DNA of 64,000 nt. Origin: Bacteroidales bacterium (GTDB lineage: Bacteria; Bacteroidota; Bacteroidia; Bacteroidales; P3). Below the pieces are notes generated by a model. It had not been told where the DNA came from. It searched no databases and worked only from the letters and a program-made list of their open reading frames with translations. Position numbers and translations under genes: made by a program. Numbering within the stretch: position 1 is the first letter of the stretch; each line of letters begins with the position of its first letter. The DNA lies in assembly GCA_024400495.1 (NCBI GenBank), contig JAKSMR010000003.1:5862-69861 (forward strand). The letters run 5' to 3'. This document shows positions 1-10,651 of the stretch, piece after piece.

Positions 1-1724
1 AGCCCAAGGCCAAGAAACAGGAGGTTCCCGTGGAGCAGATCTCGCTCTTCGATGCCCCTGTGGTGGAGCAGCATGAACCCTTCTCGAAGATAGAGGTGAC
101 TATGCTGGAAGAGATGCCGCAGGGATGCTCTGTGTCCATCATCATCGATGGACCACAGGTGGCGTTGGCCTCTTCTGCCGACGAAGTCTATGTGGGCGAG
201 ATCGGCAAAATCGACATGGACCGACTCAAGGCCTTGCTGGAGGACGAGAAGACCACCAAGCTGTGCTTCGACCTGAAGAACCTGAAATATATGCTCATGG
301 AGCTCGGTATCGAGATCGGAGGAACGATCTTCGATGTTCAGCTGGCTCATTATCTGCTTGACGCCGAGATGCGCCATCGTCTCGATTTCATATGCAACGC
401 TATGCTGGGCTTTGAACCTGGCGACGCTGCCACTCAGGCGTCGGCATTGTGGACGCTCTACCCCCGTATGGCTTCGGAGCTGAGCGACGCCGAGCTGGGC
501 AACCTCTACAAGAACGTAGAGCTGCCTCTGGTCGACGTGCTTATCAGCATGGAGCAGGAGGGTGTGAGGATTGACGTCGAGGCGTTGAGACAATACTCTT
601 CCAGCCTTGCAGAAGAGAAGAACGCGCTTGAGCAGGCTATCTACGAGCAGGCAGGCTGCCAGTTCAACATCAGCTCGACCAAGCAGCTGGGAGAGGTGCT
701 GTATGAGAAGCTGAAGATTGTCTCCAAGCCTCCTATGACAGCCACAAAACAGTATTCTACCGCCGAGGATGTGTTGGTGAAGATGAAGGAGAAGCACCCT
801 ATCGTGGAGATGATCCTCGAATACCGGTCTATCTCCAAGCTCATAGGCACCTATCTCGACAGTTTCCCGAAGCTCATCAACCCAGTCACGGGACGTCTGC
901 ATACCATCTACAACCAGACTGTTACCGCTACCGGACGCCTGAGCAGCAGCAACCCCAACCTGCAGAACATCCCCATCCGTACCGAACGAGGCAGGGAGAT
1001 CCGCAAGGCCTTCGTTCCTCGCAACGACGACTATACTATCCTTGCCGCCGACTATTCGCAGGTAGAGCTCCGCATTATCGCCTCTCTGGCGAAAGACGAG
1101 CATATGACCGAGGCGTTTGTCAGCAAGCAGGACATTCACGCCTCTACGGCCGCAAAAATATACAAGATTCCCATCGAAGAGGTGTCTAAGGACCAACGCC
1201 GCAACGCCAAATCGGTGAACTTCGGCATCGTGTACGGCATCAGCGCCTTCGGTCTCTCCGAGCAGCTGGCCATCCCTCGCAAGGAGGCTGCGGCGTTGAT
1301 TGACGAATACTTCCTCCAGTATCCTGCCATCAAAGAGTTCATCGACAAGAGCATCGCTACAGCCCGCGAGATGGGTTATGCCCAGACGCTGCTAGGGCGC
1401 CGAAGATATCTGGCCGACATCAATTCGCGCAGCAACAATATGCGTTCCTTCGCCGAGCGCAACGCCGTCAATATGCCCATCCAAGGCACCAGCGCCGATA
1501 TGATCAAGATTGCCATGATAAGAATCTTCCAGAAGTTCAAAGAACTGAATCTGCAGTCGAAGATGATTCTGCAAGTTCACGACGAACTGGTCTTTGATGT
1601 CTACAAGCCCGAGCTGGAGCAGGTGAAAGCGATTGTGGAGAAAGAGATGCTTGAAGCGCTTCCGCTCACCCTTCCTCTGGAAGTAGGTATCGAAGTGGGG
1701 AAGAACTGGCTTGAAGCCCACTAG
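1..1724 (+). CDS. polA: DNA polymerase I, C-terminal part (5' end lies outside the window)
   Basis: The frame is open to the window edge, with no stop upstream of the GTG at 30. Family A polymerase motifs are present: DYSQVELRI, RRNAKSVNFGIVYG, QVHDELVFD. Stop at 1724. Confidence 0.95.
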   Translation, partial: PKAKKQEVPVEQISLFDAPVVEQHEPFSKIEVTMLEEMPQGCSVSIIIDGPQVALASSADEVYVGEIGKIDMDRLKALLEDEKTTKLCFDLKNLKYMLMELGIEIGGTIFDVQLAHYLLDAEMRHRLDFICNAMLGFEPGDAATQASALWTLYPRMASELSDAELGNLYKNVELPLVDVLISMEQEGVRIDVEALRQYSSSLAEEKNALEQAIYEQAGCQFNISSTKQLGEVLYEKLKIVSKPPMTATKQYSTAEDVLVKMKEKHPIVEMILEYRSISKLIGTYLDSFPKLINPVTGRLHTIYNQTVTATGRLSSSNPNLQNIPIRTERGREIRKAFVPRNDDYTILAADYSQVELRIIASLAKDEHMTEAFVSKQDIHASTAAKIYKIPIEEVSKDQRRNAKSVNFGIVYGISAFGLSEQLAIPRKEAAALIDEYFLQYPAIKEFIDKSIATAREMGYAQTLLGRRRYLADINSRSNNMRSFAERNAVNMPIQGTSADMIKIAMIRIFQKFKELNLQSKMILQVHDELVFDVYKPELEQVKAIVEKEMLEALPLTLPLEVGIEVGKNWLEAH

Positions 1725-1771
1725 ACGGCGAAGAGGAGGCTCCTGAGGCCTCGTATTCGCGATTCTGAAGG

Positions 1772-1818
1772 CGGACAATATCGGAGTGACACCCAATATT
1801 GTCCGTCATCCGTTTGTC
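1772..1818 (+). terminator. Candidate hairpin terminator after polA
   Basis: CGGACAATAT (1772-1781) pairs perfectly with ATATTGTCCG (1796-1805). The T tail is weak. Confidence 0.4.
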
Positions 1819-1854
1819 CCGATTGGCGACGGGGAAACGGCTCTTTTGACGTTA

Positions 1855-1930
1855 TAAGCGTCGCACCAACGTCGCATCAACGTCGCAATAGGGTAGGGAA
1901 AGAGCGACGCTAGAGCGTATGAGATGGCCG
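1855..1930. repeat. 11-bp-register micro-array A (GTCGCA at 1860, 1871, 1882, then GCGACGCTAG arm)
   Basis: Units CACCAACGTCG / CATCAACGTCG / CAATAGGGTAG / GGAAAGAGCGA / CGCTAGAGCGT read directly. Homologous to the array at 22864-22984. Confidence 0.65.
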
Positions 1931-2082
1931 TCGAAGACAAATGGAGGGAGAGGGATCGGCAGGCGGTTTCCGGCTACAAAAAACGGCTACACTAAATATA
2001 TGATATTTAGTAGCTTGAAAAAAGTATGAAAAATTGTTGATAACTATTGATAAAAAAAGTGTTGTATTTCGGAAAAATTTCG

Positions 2083-2090
2083 TACTTTTG
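2083..2090 (+). promoter_or_regulatory. Bacteroidetes -7 box TACTTTTG upstream of gyrA
   Basis: Matches the TAnnTTTG consensus, 66 nt upstream of the gyrA ATG. Confidence 0.5.
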
Positions 2091-2155
2091 TAGATAATAA
2101 AAAAGCCCTTGTTGTGGCTTAATGGATTGTATAATAATAGAATAATATATATATA

Positions 2156-4726
2156 ATGGAAATTGAAAACGAAAAAATCAAGCGAGTAGACATTGAGGAC
2201 GTGATGAAGTCGGCCTATATCGACTATTCGATGTCCGTAATCGTGTCACGCGCACTCCCCGATGCTCGTGACGGAATGAAACCCGTACAGCGTCGTATTC
2301 TCTTCTCCATGAATGAAACCGGCACCACCTACAACAGCCCCACCAAGAAGTCGGCTCGTATCGTCGGTGATGTTATGGGTAAGTACCACCCCCACGGCGA
2401 CTCTTCCATCTACCTGGCAATGGTCCGCATGGCCCAGCCTTGGTCGATGCGCTATATGCTCGTGGACGGTCAGGGTAACTTCGGTTCCATCGATGGCGAT
2501 AGTCCTGCTGCTCAACGTTATACCGAAGCTCGTCTGAAACAGATCTCCAACGAAATGGTGGCCGATATCGACAAGAATACCGTCGATATGGTTCCCACCT
2601 ACGACAACGACAACATGGAGCCCTCCGTGCTTCCTGCAAAGATACCCAACCTGCTGATCAACGGCTCCAACGGTATCGCAGTAGGTATGGCCACCAATAT
2701 GCCCACCCACAACCTCCGCGAGGTAATGGACGGCTGTGTCGCTTATATAGAAAACCCCGACATCGATGTCGACGGTCTGATGCAACACATCAAAGCCCCC
2801 GACTTCCCTCTCGGCGGCATTATCTATGGCTACAACGGCGTAAGAGACGCCTACACTACCGGTAGAGGCAGCATCGTGGTGCGTGCCGACACCACTATAG
2901 AGACCGACAAGAACGGTCGCAACATCATCATCGCCCACAGCGTTCCCTACGGCATCAACAAAGCCGAGATGCACAAACATCAGGCCCAGCTGGTTAAAGA
3001 AGGCAAGATCGACGGCATTACCGACATCCGCGACGAGAGCGACAAGAAAGGTATCCGCATGGTTTATTATCTCCGCCACGATGCCGTTCCCAATGTGATA
3101 CTCAATAAGCTTTTCCAGCTCTCCGAGCTCCAGAGCACCTTCGCCGTGAACAATATCGCCCTGGTGAAAGGTCGCCCCAAACAGCTCAACCTCAAGGACC
3201 TCATCCAGGTATTCATCGAGCATAGAGAGGATGTCGTCACCCGCCGCACCCGCTTTGATATGGAAGCTGCTGAGAAACGCGCCCATATCCTGCAGGGCTT
3301 CCTCAAAGCTCTCGACATCATCGACGAGGTTATCGCCACCATCCGTGCCGCCCGTACCGTCGAAGACGCCAAGAACGACCTCATCTCCAAATTCGGCTTC
3401 ACCGAACTCCAGGCCGCCGCTATCGTCGAGATGCGTCTCCGCCAGCTCACCGGCTTGGAACGTCAGAAACTGCAGGACGAATACGACGAGAAGATCGCCT
3501 TCATCGCCCGTTGCAAAGAGATCCTCGGAGACCACAACGTGCTTATGCAGGTTATCAAAGAAGAACTTATCGCTGTACGCGACAAATATGGCGACGACCG
3601 TCGCACCCATATCGAGTACAATGCTGCCAACTTCCGTATCGAGGACACCATCCCCGACGACAAGGTTGTCATCACCATCTCCCACATGGGTTACGTCAAG
3701 CGCACCCTCCTCAGCAACTACCGCACCCAGACCCGTGGCGGCGTAGGCTCGAAGGGCAGCTCCGTAAGAAGCGAAGACTTCGTAGAGCATATCTTCATGG
3801 CCACCAACCACAACTATATCCTCTTCTTTACAGAAAAGGGTAAGTGCTATTGGAAACGTGCTTTCGAGATCCCCGAAGGCGGCAAGGACAGCAAAGGCCG
3901 CGCTATCCTCAACCTCATCAATATCGAACCCGACGACAAGGTTAAGGCTTATATCAACGTGCTGAACCTCAGCGATCGCGAGTACCTCGACAACCACTAT
4001 ATCGTGCTCTGCACCAAGAACGGTATTGTCAAGAAGACCAGCCTCGACGCATACTCTCATCCCCGTACCAATGGTATCATCGCCGTCTCCATCCGCGACA
4101 ACGACGAACTCCTCGAAGCCCGACTCACCGACGGCAACAGCCAGCTCCTCATCGCTACCCGCGCAGGTAAGGTTGTCCGCTGCCCCGAAGAAGAGTTCCG
4201 CGCAATGGGACGTAACGCCAGCGGCGTGAAGGGTGTAACCCTCGAGAATGAGGAAGACTACGTTATCGGCATGCTCGCCATCGACAACCCCAACGACAAC
4301 ATCATGGTTGTTTCTGAGAACGGTTTCGGTAAGCGTTCCGAACTCGAGGAATACCGCACTACCCATCGTGGCGGCAAGGGTGTGAAGACCATCCAGATCA
4401 CAGAAAAGACCGGCGCGCTCGTTGCTATCGAGAACGTTACCGACGACAACGACCTGATGATCATCAACCACTCCGGCATCACCATCCGTATGCGCATCGC
4501 CGACCTTCGCGTGCTGGGACGTAACACCCAGGGTGTCAAGCTTATCGACCTCCGCAAGAAAGACTCCATCGCCTCCATCACTAAGGTGGATGCCGAGCCC
4601 GACGAGCCCGAGGTAATCGAAGGAGAAGAGGGCGCCGAAGGAGCAGAAAATCCTGTAGAAGGAGCTACTCCCGAGAACATCCAGCCCTCCGAGGACGCTC
4701 AGACCGAAGAGAAGACTGAAGAATAA
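2156..4726 (+). CDS. gyrA: DNA gyrase subunit A
   Basis: 856 aa. N-terminus [40 protein letters not shown] motif, C-terminal repeat domain and acidic tail. Confidence 0.97.
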   Translation: MEIENEKIKRVDIEDVMKSAYIDYSMSVIVSRALPDARDGMKPVQRRILFSMNETGTTYNSPTKKSARIVGDVMGKYHPHGDSSIYLAMVRMAQPWSMRYMLVDGQGNFGSIDGDSPAAQRYTEARLKQISNEMVADIDKNTVDMVPTYDNDNMEPSVLPAKIPNLLINGSNGIAVGMATNMPTHNLREVMDGCVAYIENPDIDVDGLMQHIKAPDFPLGGIIYGYNGVRDAYTTGRGSIVVRADTTIETDKNGRNIIIAHSVPYGINKAEMHKHQAQLVKEGKIDGITDIRDESDKKGIRMVYYLRHDAVPNVILNKLFQLSELQSTFAVNNIALVKGRPKQLNLKDLIQVFIEHREDVVTRRTRFDMEAAEKRAHILQGFLKALDIIDEVIATIRAARTVEDAKNDLISKFGFTELQAAAIVEMRLRQLTGLERQKLQDEYDEKIAFIARCKEILGDHNVLMQVIKEELIAVRDKYGDDRRTHIEYNAANFRIEDTIPDDKVVITISHMGYVKRTLLSNYRTQTRGGVGSKGSSVRSEDFVEHIFMATNHNYILFFTEKGKCYWKRAFEIPEGGKDSKGRAILNLINIEPDDKVKAYINVLNLSDREYLDNHYIVLCTKNGIVKKTSLDAYSHPRTNGIIAVSIRDNDELLEARLTDGNSQLLIATRAGKVVRCPEEEFRAMGRNASGVKGVTLENEEDYVIGMLAIDNPNDNIMVVSENGFGKRSELEEYRTTHRGGKGVKTIQITEKTGALVAIENVTDDNDLMIINHSGITIRMRIADLRVLGRNTQGVKLIDLRKKDSIASITKVDAEPDEPEVIEGEEGAEGAENPVEGATPENIQPSEDAQTEEKTEE

Positions 4727-4732
4727 TATAGA

Positions 4733-4765
4733 ATAGGAGAGGGGAGCCCGGCTTCCTTCTCCTAT
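4733..4765 (+). terminator. Candidate hairpin after gyrA
   Basis: ATAGGAGAGGGGAGCC pairs with GGCTTCCTTCTCCTAT, counting G-U wobbles. No clear T run follows. Confidence 0.4.
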
Positions 4766-4840
4766 CTTACAATTCATCACGTCGATTGCAAGAAAAAATA
4801 AAATAGCAATACTAAAAGAGTAAACAATCACACAATAACA

Positions 4841-6088
4841 ATGAAAAAGATATTCGTAACCGTAGTACTCGCAGCCATGGCTTTCGCTGCAGGTGCACAG
4901 TCTCTCAACATCAGTAGTGCTTATGAGGCACAGAACAGAGGCTACTACAAAAAAGCAAAAGATTATATCGACCAGGCTGTTCAGCACGAACAGACCAAGG
5001 AAGATGCTCAGGCTTGGTACTATCGCACCATGATCTATACCAAGATCGGTATGGCTCTCAATGGTCACGACAAGAAAGTAACCCAGAAGGATGCCAACAA
5101 GTCCCTCCGTCCTGTTGCTCCCGACTGGTATCGTACCGCATACCTCTCTGCTCTCAACTGGAAGCAGTTCGACACCAAGGGTGAATACACCAACAACATC
5201 ACTCCTTTCTTCAACTACATTGCCAACGCTTATCTCGATCAGGCTTATCCCGCCTACAACGACGAGAAGAACTATGCTAAGGCAATGGGTATCTGCGACA
5301 CCGCTATCCAGATCTTCAACCTTGCTGGCGACAAGAAGAGTGCACAGGCCGCTTACTATCTCGCTGGTCTTAGCGCAATGAACATCAAGGATAACGCTAA
5401 TGTGAAGAAATACTTCAACACCCTCGTTAGCCAGAAGACCGATAAAAAGTCTGTTTATGAGACCCTCTTCAACATCTATCGCGAGGAGAAAGATACCGTT
5501 AGAGCTATGAAGACCGCTACCTCTTTCGGCAAGAACTTCCCCCAGAACTACGAAGCTGACATGCTCAAGGCTCAGGGTTACCTCATGACCGGCAACATGG
5601 AGAAGGTTACCGAATGCTTCATGGCTGCCATGAACAAAGTTGGCGACGACAACGTTAAGAAATCCATGCTCCTCTGTCAGGTAGCTGCCATCTATGAGAT
5701 TACCGGCAAATACGAAGAGGCTGAAGCAAAATACGCAGAATCCCTCCAGCTTGAAAAGAACCAGTATGCCGCTAACTTCAGCATGGGTAAGATGTTCTAC
5801 AACCGCGCCGTTGACAAACTCGATGCCGCAAACAATGTTGACCCCAACGATGAGACCGGTCTCTATGACAAGCTCAACGACGAAGCTAAAGGCCTCTTCC
5901 GCCAGTCTGTACAGTATTTCACTAGCGCTGTATCCTACATCGATGGCCGTCCTGCTGGCGAGCAGGCTGCTCAAAAGGGCAACCTCTTCAACTGCCTCAA
6001 CGCCCTCAAGACCGTTTACCTCCGTCTCGAGATGAACGACGAGTTTACCGCAGTTAACACCCGTCTCCAGCAGATCCAGGCTAACTAA
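4841..6088 (+). CDS. Secreted TPR-like helical-repeat protein, function unknown
   Basis: 415 aa. Signal peptide MKKIFVTVVLAAMAFAAGAQS. Helical repeats rich in A/Y/K/N typical of tetratricopeptide-like proteins. Confidence 0.6.
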   Translation: MKKIFVTVVLAAMAFAAGAQSLNISSAYEAQNRGYYKKAKDYIDQAVQHEQTKEDAQAWYYRTMIYTKIGMALNGHDKKVTQKDANKSLRPVAPDWYRTAYLSALNWKQFDTKGEYTNNITPFFNYIANAYLDQAYPAYNDEKNYAKAMGICDTAIQIFNLAGDKKSAQAAYYLAGLSAMNIKDNANVKKYFNTLVSQKTDKKSVYETLFNIYREEKDTVRAMKTATSFGKNFPQNYEADMLKAQGYLMTGNMEKVTECFMAAMNKVGDDNVKKSMLLCQVAAIYEITGKYEEAEAKYAESLQLEKNQYAANFSMGKMFYNRAVDKLDAANNVDPNDETGLYDKLNDEAKGLFRQSVQYFTSAVSYIDGRPAGEQAAQKGNLFNCLNALKTVYLRLEMNDEFTAVNTRLQQIQAN

Positions 6089-6107
6089 TCCTTAGCTTCC
6101 TATACAA

Positions 6108-6150
6108 AAGAAGAAGGCGCATCAAGTGGTGCGTCTTCTTTGTTTTATTG
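6108..6150 (+). terminator. Rho-independent terminator of the TPR-like gene
   Basis: GAAGAAGGCGCA / TGCGTCTTCTT stem followed by TGTTTTATT. Confidence 0.6.
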
Positions 6151-6225
6151 AGCAGAAGGAGAGTGTTAGTTGGATGTTATCTTTATAAGAGACAAGCTGT
6201 CCTCTTGGGTGGTGTAGACAAAGAA

Positions 6226-6254
6226 AGAGCATAGAGTGCGAGGCTCTATGCTCT
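6226..6254 (-). terminator. Terminator of pta
   Basis: Perfect 11-bp stem AGAGCATAGAG / CTCTATGCTCT. On the minus strand it is followed by TTCTTTGTC. Confidence 0.6.
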
Positions 6255-6277
6255 TTAGGGATTGTTTGAATCGATGC

Positions 6278-7282
6278 TTATTTGGCAGCAGCCTGGTTGG
6301 CTGTGATAGCAACTACGTTCACAACATCTTCCACGGAGCAACCGCGGCTGAGGTCGTTGATAGGAGCTGCCATACCCTGCATGATAGGTCCGATAGCTTC
6401 GGCGCCAGCGAGACGCTGAACGAGCTTATAGGCGATGTTGCCAGTCTCGAGGGTGGGGAACACCAGAACGTTTGCCTGACCTGCGATCTCGCTACCGGGA
6501 GCCTTGCTGGCACCAACCTTGGGAACGATGGCGGCATCGGCTTGCAGTTCGCCGTCGAGCTTCACGTTAGGATCGAGCTCGTGAGCAACGCGGGTGGCTT
6601 TGATAACTTTGTCGACCATCTCGTGCTTGGCGCTACCCTTGGTAGAGAAGCTGAGGATAGCTACCTTAGGATCTTGGATGCCGGCGATGGACTTAGCGGT
6701 CTGAGCGGAGACGACAGCAATCTGGCCGAGTTCTTCGGCTGAGGGGTTGGGGGTGGCCGCACAGTCGGCGAATACAAATACACCATTGTCGCCATAGGTC
6801 TTATCTTTGAGTATCATCACGAAAGCGCCGCTTACTACGCTGACACCAGGGAGGGTCTTCACCACCTGGAAAGCGGGACGCAGCACGTCGCCGGTAGCGT
6901 TGCGGGCACCAGCAACTTCGCCATCAGCATCTCCGTTCTTGATGAGAAGGGTGGCCAGATAGAGAGGATCTTCAACAAGGCGCATAGCCTCGTCCATCTG
7001 CATACCTTTCTTCTTACGGATCTCGCAGAGCATCTGTGCATAGTACTCTTTCTTGTCGTTGTTTACGGGGTCGATGATAGTAGCTTTGTCGATATTCTTT
7101 AGGCCGAATTCGGCAGCCATCTTCTTGATTTCGACTTCGTTGCCGAGGAGGATAAGCTGAGCGAGACCTTCGTTGAGGATAATGTCGGCAGCCTTGAGGG
7201 TACGTTCTTCAGTACCTTCAGCCAATACGATACGCTTGTTAGCGGCTTTGGCATTGGCGCGGATTTGAGTCATTAAGTCCAT
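6278..7282 (-). CDS. pta: Phosphate acetyltransferase
   Basis: 334 aa. Full-length resemblance to the short Pta form (N-terminus MDLMTQIRANAKAANKRIVLAEGTEERTLKAA). No ackA is adjacent. Confidence 0.93.
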   Translation of the reverse strand: MDLMTQIRANAKAANKRIVLAEGTEERTLKAADIILNEGLAQLILLGNEVEIKKMAAEFGLKNIDKATIIDPVNNDKKEYYAQMLCEIRKKKGMQMDEAMRLVEDPLYLATLLIKNGDADGEVAGARNATGDVLRPAFQVVKTLPGVSVVSGAFVMILKDKTYGDNGVFVFADCAATPNPSAEELGQIAVVSAQTAKSIAGIQDPKVAILSFSTKGSAKHEMVDKVIKATRVAHELDPNVKLDGELQADAAIVPKVGASKAPGSEIAGQANVLVFPTLETGNIAYKLVQRLAGAEAIGPIMQGMAAPINDLSRGCSVEDVVNVVAITANQAAAK

Positions 7283-7343
7283 ATTGTGTGTTTTATTTTG
7301 TTAATTGATAATTCTTCTTTGATAATAACGGGGGTTGGAGAAG

Positions 7344-8936
7344 TTATTTATGTTCTATAATCAATGTATTAGCGTATTTCTTATCGCCCACGCTAAGATC
7401 TATGGAGTAGGCGCCCTTGGGGAGATGCATCAGGTTGATAGCCTGGGTGGTGGTGGCGAAGATGGTCTTGCCCTCATACACCAGACGGCCCTGGATGTCG
7501 TACACATAATAGATCGCCTCCCCGATATCCTCCACATCCACACGGAACATACCGTTGCTGGGGTTGGGATAAACATGAAGGAGGTTTGTCTGGGGCGGGA
7601 TAGCTACCGAGTCGCCCTCGTTCCAGCTGATGCCTTGCAGCGACATCACGTTGCTATTGATGGGGTCGAGCCAGTCCATAAGGCGGTTTGAGGCAGAGCC
7701 GCCGCCCACCCACGAGACATTCAGTCGTCCGTAGTAGTCGGAAAGCTGCTGGTTGTCGCAGCTGCTTCGTCCGCCATAGAGCTGACCGATGATCTGCTTC
7801 TCGGCGTTGAAGAGAGGCGATCCCGACGAGCCTCCTTCCACTACACCTTTGGCCCAATAGACTTCGTAGAAGCTGCCATAAGTGCCCGACCCGGGGGCTA
7901 CCGAGTTGGGAGTGCTGATCTTCTTGATGTCGCCAGCGGGGTGATGGATGGCTCTTCCCTTGGTTGGACGGCCGTCAACGTGGCGCTGCCATCCGGCGAA
8001 ATAGGGTTCATACTCTTCGGGTACGGCTTTGTTCAGTCGCAGCAGGAGGAAGTCGGAGCCGCTGGTGTGGTTTCTGTTAGCCAGTTTCTCGGCGCCGGCC
8101 ACCGTCTGTGTTGAGGTGATGGCGGTATTGCCCGAGCAGGTTGCCGACATGTAGTTGAAATAGAACATATATCCCGTCACAACCTTGCCGTCGGTACAAT
8201 GGTTGGCGGTAAGCACATAGGGGGTGTGGTCGTTGGCGGTATTGTTGATAAGTGCGCCTGTGCAGAGGAAAGCGCCCGAGGTGGTGTAGGTGAGCATCTT
8301 GCAGACGGCGTGGGCCTGCTTGCTCCATCCGGCAGAGTCGCACACGAAGTTGTAGTTGCACGAGCCTGCCCCTTTCTCCTCCGAGTAGGGGAGGATGTCC
8401 TTGTATCCATGCAGGACTCGGTTAATGTGCAGCTTGCTCTGGGCCGCAGCTCCGATAGGTTCCTGATATTCCACAATCACCACGTCGCCGGGTATGGACT
8501 GCGTGTAGAAGGAGCCGTCGGGCTGGCGGCTGTCCTTGTTGAATCCGCCGATAACGAAGTCGCCACCAACGTTATAGAAGAAAAGCATTGCCCCTTCGGG
8601 AACTTCGAACTGGTCGAAGCATATGGCCATCGAGGTAGCGCCGGGCGACTGGATGGCATAGGTGGCTATGCGCATCCCGTTGCGTTCGCCCCTCTTCTCT
8701 GCCACGGAGAGAAGATCGATATCCACGTCGCGCATCACGCCCACACGGGTAGGGGTGGCCTCTTCGCTTTCGATGTCGTCTTCGGCAAGGAGCATCCTGT
8801 TGTCCACGGCCGGGAGGGCTTGTGGCGCTACGGCTGCCTTGCTATAGTTGAAGAGCGGGTTGCCGCCCTGGCTCACTTGAGCGTTGAGGGAGGCTGCCGC
8901 CAAAGCGAAAAGGAGGAGTGATGCGAGACGTTTCAT
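7344..8936 (-). CDS. Secreted S1 (trypsin-fold, lysyl-endopeptidase-like) serine protease with T9SS type A C-terminal sorting domain
   Basis: Signal peptide present. Triad contexts LTANHC, GSDFLLLRL, GGSSGSPLF. C-terminal ~80 aa (VYPNPSNGMF...LIIEHK) fits the Por/T9SS sorting signal. Confidence 0.85.
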   Translation of the reverse strand: MKRLASLLLFALAAASLNAQVSQGGNPLFNYSKAAVAPQALPAVDNRMLLAEDDIESEEATPTRVGVMRDVDIDLLSVAEKRGERNGMRIATYAIQSPGATSMAICFDQFEVPEGAMLFFYNVGGDFVIGGFNKDSRQPDGSFYTQSIPGDVVIVEYQEPIGAAAQSKLHINRVLHGYKDILPYSEEKGAGSCNYNFVCDSAGWSKQAHAVCKMLTYTTSGAFLCTGALINNTANDHTPYVLTANHCTDGKVVTGYMFYFNYMSATCSGNTAITSTQTVAGAEKLANRNHTSGSDFLLLRLNKAVPEEYEPYFAGWQRHVDGRPTKGRAIHHPAGDIKKISTPNSVAPGSGTYGSFYEVYWAKGVVEGGSSGSPLFNAEKQIIGQLYGGRSSCDNQQLSDYYGRLNVSWVGGGSASNRLMDWLDPINSNVMSLQGISWNEGDSVAIPPQTNLLHVYPNPSNGMFRVDVEDIGEAIYYVYDIQGRLVYEGKTIFATTTQAINLMHLPKGAYSIDLSVGDKKYANTLIIEHK

Positions 8937-8942
8937 AGTGTG

Positions 8943-10583
8943 CTATTTGCTGATTACGATAGAGGAGGTGTAACTGTTGTCGCTAGTGTAGAGCACCAGG
9001 GTGTACATGCCGTTGCCCAGGGTGCTGAGGTTCACAGCCTGAGTGGTGGTAGAGAGCACGGTATTGCCTTCCTTCACGCAACGGCCGCTCATGTCATAGA
9101 CCTTGTAGTTTGCTTTGCCCGTCTCGGGGATGTCGAAATAGACCATGCCTTTGCTGGGGTTGGGGTATACCTTTACCGACTGGTTCGATGCCATATCGAT
9201 GCTGGCGTTGGGGTCTTGGTTGTAGTCCATTCCGCTCAAAGTCTGCACGTTGGTTCCCAGAGGGTCGAGATAGTTCTTCACGCGGGTGCTGTCGTTAGAG
9301 CCCGACCACGAGTTGTACAGACGGCCATACCAGTCGTTGCCGCTCATAAAAGTGCAGGAGCTGGAGCCTGCCCACAGCTGACCGATGACGCGCTTGTCGG
9401 CGTTGAATAAAGCCGATCCCGACGAGCCTTGTTCTGTGACGCCCTTGTTGTCGGAGCCTGTGAACCAATACACCTTCAGGAACTTGGCATAGGAGCCCGA
9501 GCCTTTGGCTACGCTTCTGGGGAAGCTGATCTTCTTGATGTCGCCGCCGGGGTGATGGATGCATACGCCTGCGGTAGGATTGTCGTTCGAGCGGTCCCAA
9601 CCGGCAAAGTAGGGTTTGTAGGAGAAGGGGATAGTGTCTTTCAGGAGGAGCAGGAGGAAGTCGGAGCCTTGGCTGTAGTCCTTCTTGGCGAGCATAGTAG
9701 CGCCGGTAATACTCTTGGTGGTGGTGCCGGTAGTTCTCTCGCAGGCCGTTGCCTGATAGCCGAAATAGGTGGTGAAGCGTCTCACGGGAAGGTCGCTGAT
9801 ATCCTGGCAATGGTGGGCTGTGAGCACATAGGGGGTACGGTCGCGATTGGTGTTGTTCATCACGGTACCGGAGCACATATAAGAGTACTGGCGGCCAACG
9901 ATGTTGATGGCAACAACCGAGCGGATCTGCAGACGCCAGTCGTCGCCCTCATCGCATACCACGTTGATGTGGCAGTCGCCTTCGGCATTACCCAGGGCGC
10001 CTTTAGGCTCGCCCACAATCTGGCGGAAGATATCCTTGTATCCATGGCAGACCTGGTCGATCACCAGATGGCCCTGTCCGGCAACCTCGGCAGGTTCGAT
10101 GTATTCGATCACCATCTTGCTGCCAGGAAGTGCCTGGGTGTAGAAGGTGTTGTCGTCCTGCTTGTTGGTCATGTCGAACGAACCCAGGACGAACTCGCCG
10201 TCGGGGGTATATACGAAAAGCCGAGCGCCTTCGGGGAGCTCGAAAGTGCTGAAGCTAGGCCATACGAAGGTGGCGTTGGGCGACTCGATGGCTAGTCTCC
10301 ACACGCTTGTTCCGTCGCGCATCACCATGGTCTCGCCACATTTCTTGCTGTCGAGATTCACATCCTGCATTACGCCTACACGAAGAGGGGAGGAGCCGCG
10401 AACCATGTCCATATCCTGCTGGAGATAGACCTTGTTGTCGATAGTAGGAAGAACGGTAACGCCTTCGGTAGGTTTGTAGTTCATCATAGGCTCGCCGCCA
10501 TGCGACACCTGAGCCATCACATTTGCCCCAGCGACCATCATAGCCGCCATAAAGAGGCAAGTTTTAAAGAATGAAGTTTTCAT
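8943..10583 (-). CDS. Paralogous secreted S1 serine protease with T9SS type A C-terminal sorting domain
   Basis: Same architecture as 7344..8936: LTAHHC, GSDFLLLLL, QGSSGSALF, and CTD VYPNPSKGMVYFDI...IVISK. Only 6 nt separate the two genes. Confidence 0.85.
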   Translation of the reverse strand: MKTSFFKTCLFMAAMMVAGANVMAQVSHGGEPMMNYKPTEGVTVLPTIDNKVYLQQDMDMVRGSSPLRVGVMQDVNLDSKKCGETMVMRDGTSVWRLAIESPNATFVWPSFSTFELPEGARLFVYTPDGEFVLGSFDMTNKQDDNTFYTQALPGSKMVIEYIEPAEVAGQGHLVIDQVCHGYKDIFRQIVGEPKGALGNAEGDCHINVVCDEGDDWRLQIRSVVAINIVGRQYSYMCSGTVMNNTNRDRTPYVLTAHHCQDISDLPVRRFTTYFGYQATACERTTGTTTKSITGATMLAKKDYSQGSDFLLLLLKDTIPFSYKPYFAGWDRSNDNPTAGVCIHHPGGDIKKISFPRSVAKGSGSYAKFLKVYWFTGSDNKGVTEQGSSGSALFNADKRVIGQLWAGSSSCTFMSGNDWYGRLYNSWSGSNDSTRVKNYLDPLGTNVQTLSGMDYNQDPNASIDMASNQSVKVYPNPSKGMVYFDIPETGKANYKVYDMSGRCVKEGNTVLSTTTQAVNLSTLGNGMYTLVLYTSDNSYTSSIVISK

Positions 10584-10651
10584 CTATTTTAATATATATA
10601 CTTTATTTTTATCAATTTACATATTCAAAGGATGCTAATGCAGCCTCATCC

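Noticed and set aside
2246-5974. 1242-aa ORF on the minus strand spanning gyrA, the spacer and the TPR-like gene
   Set aside because: It is exactly antisense to two well-supported genes. The product is low-complexity and rich in V/G/D/H/A/L, with no recognisable domain and no promoter box or start context. Sense codons that would give antisense stops (TTA, CTA, TCA) are avoided by the strong codon bias here. Long shadow ORFs are therefore expected.
6278-7282. Missing ackA next to pta as an anomaly
   Set aside because: The pta-ackA linkage is common but not obligatory. ackA can be elsewhere in the genome, and nothing in the sequence suggests a deletion scar.
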